Below are positions 37,585 through 50,400 of a stretch of DNA of 64,000 bases, piece by piece (the stretch's first letter is position 1; each line of letters starts with the position of its first letter). The stretch covers positions 53,694,001-53,758,000 of the forward strand of contig NC_045697.1 of NCBI RefSeq assembly GCF_009834535.1, given 5' to 3'. The notes beneath the pieces were generated by a model. That model was not told where the DNA came from, did not search any database, and saw only the letters and a program-made list of their open reading frames with translations. Source of the DNA: Camelus ferus. Its lineage: Eukaryota. The translations under genes were made by a program, and so were the position numbers.

Positions 37585-37626
37585 GTTGTATTTTAACTTC
37601 CAGATTGATTTCTCCTTCGATATAAG
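37585..37626 (+). promoter_or_regulatory. Proximal promoter of the intact UGT2B gene: HNF1-like GTTGTATTTTAAC (37585-37597), Pbx-like GATTGATT (37603-37610), TATA-like TATAAG (37621-37626)
   Basis: Motifs seen directly. Their order and spacing match the HNF1/Pbx/TATA layout known for human UGT2B promoters. Confidence 0.6.
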
Positions 37627-37682
37627 CATGAGCGATAGCAAAAGAATACAATAATCTTTTAACAGCATTGCATCTGAACAAG

Positions 37683-38406
37683 ATGTCTCTGAAATGGATC
37701 TCACTTCTGCTGCTGCTGCTGCAGCTGAATTGCTTCTTTAGCTCTGGGAGTTGTGGGAAGGTGCTGGTGTGGCCAGTGGAATATAGTCATTGGATTAATA
37801 TGAAGACAATTCTGGATGAACTTGTCATGAAGGGTCATGAGGTGACTGTCCTGACATCTCAAGCTTCTGTTCTGATTGATCCCAGCAAACCATCTGCTAT
37901 TAAATTTGAGATTTTCCCAACACTCTTAACCAAACATGATTTTGAGAATACCATTGAGCATATGCTCAATAAATGGACGTATATGGTAAAAGATTCATTT
38001 TGGACCTATTTCTCAACAGTACAAAGTATCTTTCGCGAATTTTTTGATATGCAAATGAAGATCTGTAAAGATGTTGTATCCAACAAGAAACTTATGACAA
38101 AACTACATGAATCAAGGTTTGACGTCGTTCTTGCAGATGCCATTGGGCCCTGTGGTGAGCTGCTGGCTGAGATACTTCAAATCCCGTTAGTGTACAGTCT
38201 CCGCTTCTCTCCGGGCTTTGCACTGGAGAAGTATGGTGGAAAACTTCCACTCCCACCATCCTACGTACCGGTTATCATGTCAGAATTAGGTGATCAAATG
38301 ACATTCATGGAGAGGGTGAAAAATATGATGTACGTACTTTATTTTGACTTTTGGTTCCAGACATTTAATGAGAAGAATTGGAATCAGTTTTACAGTGAAG
38401 TACTAG
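37683..38406 (+). CDS. UGT2B: UGT2B exon 1
   Basis: AAG ATG TCT start. [37 protein letters not shown]...FYSEVL-G|gtaagt. Confidence 0.96.
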
Positions 38407-41400
38407 GTAAGTCATGTTTCACTTGGTGGCATGAAGTCCTAACTTTTTAGTGCCTTGGGAGATGAAATCGTATAAATCAAAGTCACAGAAATTTATGTTC
38501 TATAAATTTGAACATGAAATGATGAAATGAAAATATAAAATTCGGCCTCAGTTTCATAATAAACATGGAAACATTAAGTTACAGGGCAAGGCATGACCCT
38601 GTGGCCCATTACTAGTGCAGCACACTCCGAAAAGTCATGAAACACAAATTGAAGCACTTAAGACATCTCCAAGCAATTATGTAATCCATCTTACTAAACT
38701 TCATTTTCTAACTTAAAAAAGGTCACTAGAAACCTCCTAAAATATCCTGAAAATAAAAACATGTAGATTTAAGAGCTATGTGCATATTCATACCACAAGT
38801 ATCTGGATAGCATTTAGAAATACTTTCTACTTGTGTAGCACAGTTTCCGTGTTACAGCATAGTACAGATAATTAAAAATAGATTTGCTTTATCAAAAATA
38901 GACACATCTTTGGCTACATCCTTCCAGGTTCCATTTCAGAAATTATCTAACATTTTCACATGATAGTATTGCCATTTAATCTAACATTTGTTCTTTTTGT
39001 TCTCATTTTTCCTTTAAGGAAGACCCACTACATTATTGGAGACAATTGGGAAAGCTGACATGTGGCTCATTCGAACCTTTTGGGATTTTGAATTCCCTCG
39101 CCCACTGCTACCAAATTTTGAATTTGTTGGAGGCCTCCACTGCAAACCTGCCAAACCTCTGCCTAAGGTCACCTATTCCTGTGTGTTTTGTTTTTGTTAC
39201 TTTTGCATTTTCAAGAGGAATACTTATGCATTCTTTGTTTAGAGTGATTAATACAGCAGAGAAATGTGCGTAGCTGGATAAACTGACTTGCTTATTAGAA
39301 ACACATACATTTCTATACCAACACAAATATCTGAATTTCATTATCATTACAGAACAAATTGGGATGATTTGAAACTTTGTTAAACTACAGCCTTCATTAT
39401 TCAACATATAATAACGCATCAGACAGTCATTAAAAGAATAATTATGAAGGGTCTAGCATCTTCCAGAAGTGAGTGCTCATATGCAGAGAAATAGTATAGA
39501 CCCAGTTTCTGCTACTTGACAGTCCACCTGAAAAGACAGAATACAGGCAAGTCATAAACACTGTGTGAAGAGGGTTACAATAAGGAAAGACCACAATGCT
39601 AAGGAAACATTCACAGAAATCATAGAAAGTATCTCTGATTCTTTGATAATTAAGGTCAGATCTGAACATGTGCAGGAATAAGCAGAAGGGGTAGGTCAGG
39701 GGTGGAGGAAGATGCAAAAGACAGCCAGGCAGAGTAGTTAGTGACACTTCCGAAGAAGTCCAAGTTTAGTCTGAAAAGGAAGAGGCTGAGTAAAGACGCA
39801 GATGGTGCTGGAGAGATAAGTTTGGAGACAGACATTCTAAGGAGTTTGAAGCATTGAGTAAGACATTAGGGAGAAAATAAGAAGGTTAACCACGGAAGAG
39901 GTACGATCACATTTTTAAAAAGAAACAGCCAATGTAGTCACTGGGTTGGTATATAAAGGGGTAAGAGTGCAAAGGGAGACCATTTCACAGGTTGCTGAGA
40001 GATACAGGCAACAATGCTGAAAAAGTAGACTACAGTGTTCATAGAGACATGACCACGCTGACTCATGGTAAAAGTGCCAACCTCAAAAAGTTGTAGTGGG
40101 GAAAAAATTGTTAGTACACATGGAACATCCAAAATGTCTGGCATACTCACTGATTCAGAAGAAATACTGACTATTGTCATTATTGTTATTTTGTTACTAT
40201 TACATACTAATAATAAACTAACGTGTGCCAGCCACCTAGATCTAATTCTTAATTGAATAGGAACTGGTTTTCCAAAACATCAAGATTATATCCTCTAGCA
40301 AATTCCAAGAGAGTAGATACTCCATGGAGGGCTTGAAAACTAAATTTTAAAATTTTTAATTAAAAAATTAAGTTAATAACAGTAATTTAGTAAAAACTTA
40401 AATAAAATGTAATTAATAAAATTAAGAATGTTTTAATGTTAAGAGTTTTTAAGGTTTTGGCAATCTGATGAGCAAGACGACAGGCTAAAATTTTTTTCTA
40501 AGGATTGAGGCACTTCACCAGGGCTATAGCTAAAAAGATCATTCCTCAACAATACAAATGTATGCGCTAACAATTTTTGCAGCCAAATCCAAAATTTCCT
40601 TCTTTCACAACAGCATTTCAGCCATTCCTTCATTTGAAATCTGAGAATTTTATATCTTACAGCATAAGAGACATAACTTAGTTTATTAGGGCAGGTGTTT
40701 TCTGCCTCAACTAACCCTATAGAAGACGTCAGTACAGCACTCTCAAGAATGTAGGTCTCAACCTTGTAGCTGCTGACAGAATGAGCACAGAGAAAATGTA
40801 CACTGAGTATACAAGCACCATAAATTCTGGACATAAATAACGAAGGGCAAATAATTTCTATCACTGGAATCTGAAAACTTCCCATAGTGTCAAATTATAA
40901 AAAATTCTCTTCAGTTTATAGGATGCTATTCCTTATGAAAGGAAGCAAGAATCTAATCTGTTTTACATTAATATGATGTTTTAAATGAATTTAAGACATT
41001 AATAGGAGGCAAGCAATCTTTAGCAAACTATCTTGTGAACTTAGGAGATCCTTATTATTTTTTATTGGTGGAAAAATGAAACTGATATCTTTTTCAATGA
41101 TAAAAATAATAAAATTTTGGACTGCAAATTCTTTTAACATTTTTTATTGAATTATAGTCATTTTAAAATGTGGTGTCAAATTCCAGTGAAGAGGGCAATT
41201 TTTCAGTTATCATGAACATACATATATTTGTTGTCACTTTTTTTTTTTTTTTTTGCTGTAAGCTACAAAGAGATCTTGATATATTTTCCTGTGGTATACA
41301 GTATAAACTTGTTTATCTATTCTGCATAAGCCTGTCAGTATCTACAAACTTTGAAATCTCATTCTGTCTCTTCCCACCCACCAGCCCCCTTGGCAACCAC

Positions 41401-44400
41401 AAGTTTGTATACTGTTCCTATGAGTCTGTTTCTGTTTTGTATTTATGTTCTTTTTTTTTCTTTAGATTCCACATATGAGCAATTTCATATGCTATTATTC
41501 TTTCTCTTTCTGGCTTACTTCAGTTACCATGACATTCTCCAGGAGCATCCATGTTGCTGCAGATGGTGTTATGTTGCCAGTTTTTACGGCTGAATAGTAT
41601 TCCATTGTAGAAATATACCACATCTTCTTCATCCACTCATCTGTTGATGGATATTTAGGCTCTTTCCATGACTTGGCTATTGTAAACAGTGCTGCTATGA
41701 ACATTGGGGTGCAGGTGTCTTTTTGAAGTAGGGTTCTTTCTGGATATATGCCCAGGAGCGGGATGACTGGGTCATAAGGTAAGTCTATTCCTAGTCTTTT
41801 GAGGAATCTCCATACCATTTTCTACAGTGGCAGCACCAAACTGCATTCCCACCAGCAATGTAGGAGGGTTCTCTTTTCTCCACAGTCTCTCCAGCATTTG
41901 TCATTTGTGAACTTTTGAATGATGGTCATTCTGATTGCTGTGAGGTGATAACAAACTGTAGTTTTGATTTGCATTTCTCTGATAATTAGTGATACTAAGC
42001 ATTTTTTTCATGTGCCTATTGATCATTTGTATGTCTTCCATGAAGAATTGCATGTTTAGGTCTTTTGCCCATTTTTGGATTGGGTTATTTGTTTTTTTCT
42101 TATTAAGTTGTATGAGCTGCTTATATATTCTGGAGATCAAGCCTTTGTGGGCTTCATTGTTTACAAAAATTTTCTACCATTTTGTAGGTTGTCGTTTTGT
42201 TTCACTTAAGGTTTTCTTTGCTGTGTAGAAGCTTGTAAGTTTAATTAGGTTCCATTTGTTTATTCTTGCTTTTATTTCTACTGCTTGGGTAGACTGCCCT
42301 AGGAGAAAATCTTTGAGATGTATGTCAGATAATGTTTTGCCTATATTTTCTTCTAGGAGGTTTATTGTATCTTGTCTTATGTTTAATTCTTTGATCCATT
42401 TTGAGTTGATTTTTGTGTGTGGTGTAAGGGAGTGTTCTAGCTTCATTGCTTTACATGCTGCTGTCCAGTTTTCCCAACACCATTTGCTGAAGAGACTGTC
42501 TTTATTCCAATGTATATTCTTGCCTCCTTTGTCGAAGATTAGTGACTAAAAGTTTGCGGGTTCATTTGGGCTCTCTATTCTGTTCCATTGGTCTATACGT
42601 CTGTTTTTGAACCAATACCATGCTGTCTTGATGACTGCAGCTCTATAGTATTGTCTGAAGTCTGGGAGGGTTATTCCTCCAGCCTCTTTCTTTCTCTTCA
42701 GTAATGGTTTGGCCATTCTAGGTCTTTTGTGGTTCCATATAAATTTTATTATGATTTGTTCTAGTTCTGTGAAATATGTCCTGGGTAATTTGGGAAAGAT
42801 TGCATTAAATCTGTAGATGATGGCCTTGGGCAATGTGACCATTTTAACAATATTGATTCTTGCAATCCAGGAACATGGGATATCTTTCCATTTTCTTAAG
42901 TCTTCTTTAATTTCCTTCATCAATGGTTTATAGTTTTCCATGTATAAGTCTTTCACCTCCTTGGTGTGATTTATTCCTAGGTATTTTATTACTTTGGGTG
43001 TTATTTTTAAGGGGATTGTTTCTTTACTTTCTTTTTCTTTTGATTCATCATTAGTGTAAACAAATGCAAGTGATTTTTGAACATTAACCTTGTAATCTGC
43101 TACCTTGCTGAATTCTTCAATCAGCTCTAGTAGTTCTTCTGTGGACCTTTTAGGATTTTCTATATATACTAACATGTCATCGGCATTTAGTGACACTTTT
43201 ATCTCTTCTTTTCCAATTTGGATCCCTTTTATTTCTCTCTCATGCCTGATTGTTGTGGCTAGGACTTCTAAGACTATGTTAAGTAGGAGTGGTGATAGTG
43301 GGCAGCCTTGTCTTGTCCCAGATTTTAGTGGGAACCTTTTGAAGTTTTCACCATTGAGTACTATGCTGGCTGTAGGTTTGTCATATATACGTTTTATTAT
43401 GTTGAGATATGTTCCCTCTATACCCATGTTGGTGAGAGTTTTTATCATAAATGGGTTTGAATTTTATCAAATGCTTTTTCTGCATCTATTGAGATGATCA
43501 TGTGGTTTTTGTCCTTTCTCTTGATGTGATGCATTACATTGACTGATTTGCGTATACTGAACCACCCTGTGTCCTTGGGATGAACCCCACTTGATCATGA
43601 TGTATAATCTTTTTTATGTGCTGTTGGATTCTATTTGCTAATATTTTGATGAGAAATTTTGTATCTATGTCCATCAGTGATATTGGCCTATAATTCTCTT
43701 TTTTGGTAGTGTCTTTGCCTGGTTTTGGTATCAGGGTGATGGTGGCTTCATAGAATGAGTTTGGGAGTATTCCCTCCTTTTCAATTTACTGGAAGAATTT
43801 GAGAATGACTGGTATGAGTTCTTCCTTATATGTTTGGTAGAATTCCCTGGTGAAGCCATGCAGTCCTGGAATTTTATTTGTAGGGAGGTTTTTTATTGCT
43901 AATACTATTTCATTTCTAGTGATCGGTTTGTTCAAGTGGTCAGTTTCTTCTTGGTTCAGTGTTTGTGGACTGTATGTTTCCAGAAACTTGTCCATCTCCT
44001 CTAGGTGATCCATTTTGGTTCCGTATAGTTTTTCATAATATGCTCATATGATATTCTGTATTTCTGTTATTTGTTGTAATTTCTCCATTTTCCTTTCTTA
44101 TTTTGCATATTTGTGCTCTTTTTTCTTGTTTGTGAGTTTGGCTAGAGGTTTGTCCATTTTATTTACTTTTTCAAAACACGAGCTTTTGGTTTCATTGATT
44201 TTTTTCTATTTTTTCTTAATCTCTATTTTATTTATTTCCTCCCTGATCTTTATTATTTCCTTCTGCTGCCTTTTGGGGTTTTTTTGCTATTCCTTGTCTA
44301 ATTCTTTTAGCTGGTGGGTTAGACCGTTTATTTCAGATTGTTCTTTTTTAAGGAAGGCCTGTATTGCTATAAACTTCCCTGTTATCACTGCCATTGCTGT

Positions 44401-47400
44401 GACCCATAAAGTTTGTGTCGCTGTATTTCCATTTTCATCTGTCTCAGGATATTTTTTAACTTCAACTTTGATTTCATCATTGACCCATTGGATTACTATT
44501 ACCATGTTGTTTAATCTCCATGCTTTCCTTTTTTTCTCCTTTGTTTCTCTGTAGTTGATTTCTAGTTTCATGGCATTGTGATCAGTAAAGTTGCTAGAGA
44601 TAATTTCTATCTTCTTACAATCATAGAGGCTTCTTTTGTGCCCAAGTACATAATCAATCGTAGAAAATGTTCCATGTGCACTTGAAATGAATGTATATCC
44701 TATTTATGGGGTATGTAATGCTCTGAAAATATCCACCAACTCTAATTTTTCTATTGTATTATTTAGTTTCTCTGTTACCTTATTTATTTTCTGTCTGGAA
44801 GATCAGTCTAGTGATGTTAATGTGGTGTTAAAATCTCCAACTAGGATTGTATTTCCATCAATATCCCCCTTTATCTCTGTTAGTAATTGTTTTATGTACT
44901 TAGGTGCTCCTATATTGGGTGCGTATATATTAACGAGTGGAATATCCTCATCTTGTATTGCTCCTTTAATTCTTATGAAACGTCCTTCTTTATCTTTCTT
45001 TATGGCCTTTGTTTTAAAGTCTATTTTGTCTGAAATCAGTACTGCTACACCTGCGTTTTCGGCTTTTCCATTTGCATGGAATATCCTTTTCCATTCTTTC
45101 TCTCTCAATCTATATGTGTCCCTCTCCCTAAAGTGGGTCTCTTGTATGCAGCATATTCAAGGTTCTTGCTTTATTGTCCTGTCTGCCACTCTATGTCTTT
45201 TGATTGGAGCATTTAGTCCATTAACATTTACAGTAATTAATGATAGATGTGTGTTTATTGCCATTTTGAACTTACCTTTGCAGTTGATTTGGTATTTCCT
45301 CTTTGTTCCTTTCTTCTTCCTTTTGTGGTTTGGTAATTTTCCTTTGTATTATCATGGATTTAATTTAGTTTTTGTGACTCCCTTGTAAGTTTTTGGCTTG
45401 TGGTTACCCTTTTTTGTAAGTCTATTAACCCATTACTATAACTGTTTGTATTAAACAGATAGTAATATAAGCTCAAACCTATCCTACCGAGAACAAAAAA
45501 TTCTAAAAAGAAAGAAAAAATACTCTATATATTCTTACCTCCTTCTCCCACTGTTAATGATTTAGAAGTCTTCTTTTACAATTTTGTGTTTATTCTATTT
45601 GCAATTCAGGTAGTTATCACCTTTCCAGTGATGAGTTTCTCTTTTCCGTAGCATCCTGCTTCTTTTCTATTGAGAGTAGACCTTTCCATATTTCTTTTAG
45701 CATGGGGTTACTGTTGCTAAACTCCTCTAGTTTTTGCTTGGCTGTGAAATTCTTTATCTCTCCTTCTATTCTAAAGGATAGCCTTGCTGGGTAAAGTATC
45801 CTAGGCTGCATCTTTTTTTTCATTCAGGACTTTGAATATATCTTGCCACTCCCTTCTGGCCTGTAGTGTTTGTGTAGAGAAATCAGCTGAAAGCCTTATG
45901 GAGGTTCGCTTGTAACTCACTCTTTGTTTTTCTCTTGCTGCCTATAGGATCATTTCTTTATCCTTGACTCTAACCATCTCGATTATATTCTTGGTGTAGG
46001 TCTGTTTGGGTTCTTCCTGTTTGGGACTCTCTGAGATTCCTGTACTTGGATATCTGATTCCTTCTTTAAGTTTGGGAAGTTTTCAGTCATGATTTCTTCA
46101 AATACCTTTTCAAACCCTTTTGGTTTTTCTTCCACTTCTGGAACTTCTCTTATGTATAGATTGGCATGCTTTATATTATCCCATAGGTCCCTTATACTGT
46201 TTTCATTTGTACTTATTTGTTTTTCTCTCAGCTGTTCTGATTGGGTGCTTTCTGTTGTCCTGTCTTCTAGGTCACTTACTTGTTCCTCTGCATCATCTAG
46301 CCTGCTTTGTACAGCCTTTAGAACAGCTCTCATCTCAGCCAGTGAGTTTACCAATTCTACTTGGCACTTTATAGCTTCAGTTTCATTTTTGACATATTTT
46401 ACATCTCTAAACACTATCTCTTTTAGTTCCTTCAGTACTTTGATCACTCCCTTTTTTTTGAAATCTTGATCCAGTAGGCCATCAATGTCTATTTCATTGA
46501 TCGTTCTTTCAGGGAATTTCTCTTGCTCTTTTAATTGGGAGTGGTTTCCTCTGCTTCTTCATATTGGTCAGATCTCTCTGGCACTGTGGCTTATGGAGTA
46601 TCCAGTTACCTATTGTGGTCCTTAAGGAGTTTATTTATTTACCCATCTATAGCCTTTGCAGGAATAAAACTTTAAAAAGTACAATTTAAAAAGAAGGGAG
46701 AAAAAAAGGTTTAAAGACAGTGTATAATCAATAATGGAACAGCAAGTTGAAGCAGAATAGCAGTTGAGACATCTTTCAAATCCTTAAAAAAAGAGAAAAG
46801 ATTAAAATATATATATGTTTGAGACCTGTGTATAATCAATTACAGAAGGTCAATACCAAGAGAAATAAAAATGAAATGAGATGGATTTTTAAAAATAATA
46901 ATAACAAAAATATTTTAGAACAAAAATTTAAAAGGGATTAGAACTGTAGACATATACAATTGTTTAAAAATTAAAGATTAAAAAGGTAATATAAAAGAGA
47001 ACAGATAAGAAAAGATTTTTTAAAAAAGGGATGTGTTCTCCTGGAGACTGTGCACTCTTTATGATTATATTGAGAAATATTTCTGTCTTCACCCTGTTTC
47101 GCAAACTCATCTTGCTGTTTCCAGAGGCCCTCCATTGATGACCTCATCTGTGCTGCTCCCAGTGCCTGTTAGCAAGCAGATTGCACCCTCTCCCAACACT
47201 GGGTCAGGTACTGCCCTTTTACAAGGTGGGTAGCAGGTCACTCCCCCTTCCAATGTCGCAGGCGGATGCTGTCTGTGCTCAACAGAGTTAAGCGGGCAGA
47301 TCGTGCCCCCTCCCAGCATGGCGGTCAGGTGTTGCGTTTCTTCCAGGAAGGCTGGTGGCTGCCTGCCCTCTCCTGGTGCCAGTTGCTCCGCTGCTCTGTG

Positions 47401-50400
47401 CAGCTGTCCGCCTAGCCTCCGATTGGCACTCCATAGGCCGGCTAGGGGGAAGACCGTGAAACAGCCCCGTCCCTGCTCCATGCCAAAACTCATCTCCTTG
47501 TTTGTCTTGGCGGCCCAAGTTCTTTGACGTACCAGGGCAGAAAGATGCTATCTGCATCAAGCTGTAAACAGACCTCAGTCATGCCTAGAAAGTTGCAGAA
47601 CCCCCAGGTGCGGGTTCAGGTCTTGGCCACACTCCCACCCAAGCATTGCACACAGGAGGATATGACAGCTGTGGCTGGGCCCCGCCTCTGTTCTCCAGAG
47701 AAGCGCCAGTAATGGCTCCGCGAGTCTGAAGAGACAAAGTCTACAGCGCCTCTCCCCCCGGGGCACACCAGTAGTGTTGCTTTGTTTTTGTTTTTTTTAG
47801 TAATTTATGGGGGACCCAGGTTGTTCTGCTCTGTATCCACTCCAAGCCATGGGGCACAGCACCCTGCATTCCCCCCAGGGTGCCTCAGTGCAGCTGCCCC
47901 AGTTCTCCGCCCAGCTTGGGCAGCTTGTCCTGTCCCACAGCTGCCGGCTCATGTCTCAGGCTGGGTGTCACAGGGACACTTAATGCCCGTTTAACTTATT
48001 CCTGTCAGTCAAGGGCGGCTGTGTACAGATCCGAGCCTCGGTGGCTCCCCCTCCGCTGCACTGGCCTCTCCGTTGGAGAGGGGGAGACCACATGAATGAG
48101 CACTATTCCTTCTTTGCCACTCACTCCCCATGGGACTGGTCCCGCACTGTTTTGCTTTTTCTTCTTTCTTTTTTCCTTTTCTCCTACAAGATTCATGGCG
48201 TCTTCGTCTTTTGAAGAGGGCAATGTTCTGTTGGAGTTCAGCAGGTGCTCTGGTGGCTGGGTAGATCAATGGATGTGAGTTTTGGTGTATTTGTGGGAGA
48301 GGGTAAGCTATGAGCATCCTTCTACTCTGTCATCTTGGCCCCAAGTTCTGGATTACAAATTCTTTCATTTATTTACGGTAACATTCTCAGTGTCCATAGG
48401 CTGAAACAACATTAGTAAAAGTTCTGTGCAATCTAACCCTATTTTTAAAAGACATATTCATTCCCATTTCAGGAAAGTCACAGTGTTTGTAAAAGGAGAA
48501 GTTAGGAGCAGAGAAAGGACAAATAGATGATTTGTAGTATAATGATATTAATTAGTAACTGTAGCTGTTTTATTAAGTTGCAAAACAAGATCTGAATCCA
48601 AGAGGATGACTGTGAATTTTCATTATATAAAAAAATCTATTCCTTCAAACTACTAATTTTTCCATTAGTTTTGAGTTTCACATAAAATTTCTGAGGAGTG
48701 TTATGGTATCCGGTCTTATGTTTAAGTCTTTGATCCATTTTGAGTTAACTTTTGTAAGAGAGAGAGATTCAAAGCAAGATGGTGGAGTAGAAGGATGCTT
48801 GTAGCTCACCTTCTCTCACAATACACCAAAACTCACTTCTACAGACCTACTCAGCCAACCAGAGCACCTGCCAAACTCCGACAGAACATCGCCATGCTAA
48901 AAGAAATATTGACAGGTCTACTATAAATAGAAAAGAAGCAGGATGCTACAAAAATGAGAAACTCATAACTGGAAAGGAGATAACTGCCATGAATTACAAA
49001 AACAATAAACATAAAATTGTAAAAGAAGCCATCAAAATCATTAAGAGTGGGAGAGGGAAGCCAGGAAAGCCACTGTGGAAAACTGCATGGACATTCGTCA
49101 AAAGAGTAGGATAGATTTACCATATGACCCAGGAATCCCACTCCTGGGCATAAATCCAGAAGGAATCCTACTTCAAAATGACACCTGCATCCCAATGTTC
49201 ATAGCAGCACTATTTACAATAGCCAAGACATGGAAACAGACTAACTGTCCATCAACAGATGACCGAGTAAACAAGATGTGGTGTATTTATATGATGGAAA
49301 ACTATTCAGCCATAAAAACCAACAACATAATGCCATTTGCAGCAGTATGGATGTTCCTGGAGAATGTCATTCTAAGTGAAGTAAGCCAGAAAGAGAAACA
49401 CAAATACCATATGAAATTGCTTATATGAGGAATCTAACAACAAAACAAAACAAAACAAAACAAAAAACATAAATAGAAAATAGAAACACACTCATAGACA
49501 GAGAATACAAACTTGTGGTTGCCAAGGGGGCGGGGGATGGGAAGAGACAGACTGGGATTTTAAAATGCAGAATAGATAAACAGGATTCTACTGTATAGCA
49601 AAGGGAAATATAAACAAGATCTTGTGGTAGCTCACAGCAAAAAAAAAAGTGACAATGAATATATAAATATTCATATATAACTGAAAAATTGTGCTCTACA
49701 CTAGAATTTGACACAACATTGTAAAATAACTATTACTCAATAAAAAAAAAGTTAAAAAAATTTTCTAGTAGAGTCTAAAATAGGGGTCCCTTTTCATTTT
49801 GTGCATTTGGTTATCCACTTTTCTGAGAAGAAAAAGAGACTAACTTTTCCCCACTGAGGGACTTCCCTCCCCTGTTGGATATTAGTTGACTATATATGTA
49901 GAGGTTTAATTCTGGACTTTGCATTCTGCTTCACTTGTCAAACTCTCTATTTTTAGGTCAGTACCATATTGTTAAATATGATAGCTTGTACTGCGATTTG
50001 AAATTGGTAGGTGTGACGCCTTGGGCTTTGGGTGGTGTGGATAGTTTAACAAGATCAATCCTTCTGACGCATGAACAAATGATGCCTTTCCATTTATCTC
50101 TCTTTTTTTTTTTTAACTTTCAACAAATTCTTATAATTATTACTGTACTAATCCTTCACTTCATTGGTTAAATTTATTTTTAGTTATTTTATTGTTTCTC
50201 ATGCTATATTGAATGAATAGTTTTTCATATATTGCATTATTAATATAGAGAAATGCACCTAATTTCTGTATGATAATTTCTTTATCCTGCAACTTTACTG
50301 AATTCATTTACTACTTCAGGTTTTCTTTGACTCTCTGGAATTTTCTGTACAAAAAAATGGGTAATCTGCAAAAAAAAAATGAATATTTTACTTCTTCCTT

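Noticed and set aside
37668..37682. ORF-track start 5 codons upstream of MSLKW
   Set aside because: It is a TTG start called by the ORF finder. The family-typical ATG is at 37683.
7094..49468. Simple repeats: (GA)n at about 7094, (AAAC)n at about 16370 and 29770, A-run at about 32379, (AAAAC)n at about 49437
   Set aside because: Ordinary microsatellites within L1 sequence. There is no spacer-repeat structure and no CRISPR-like array in the window.
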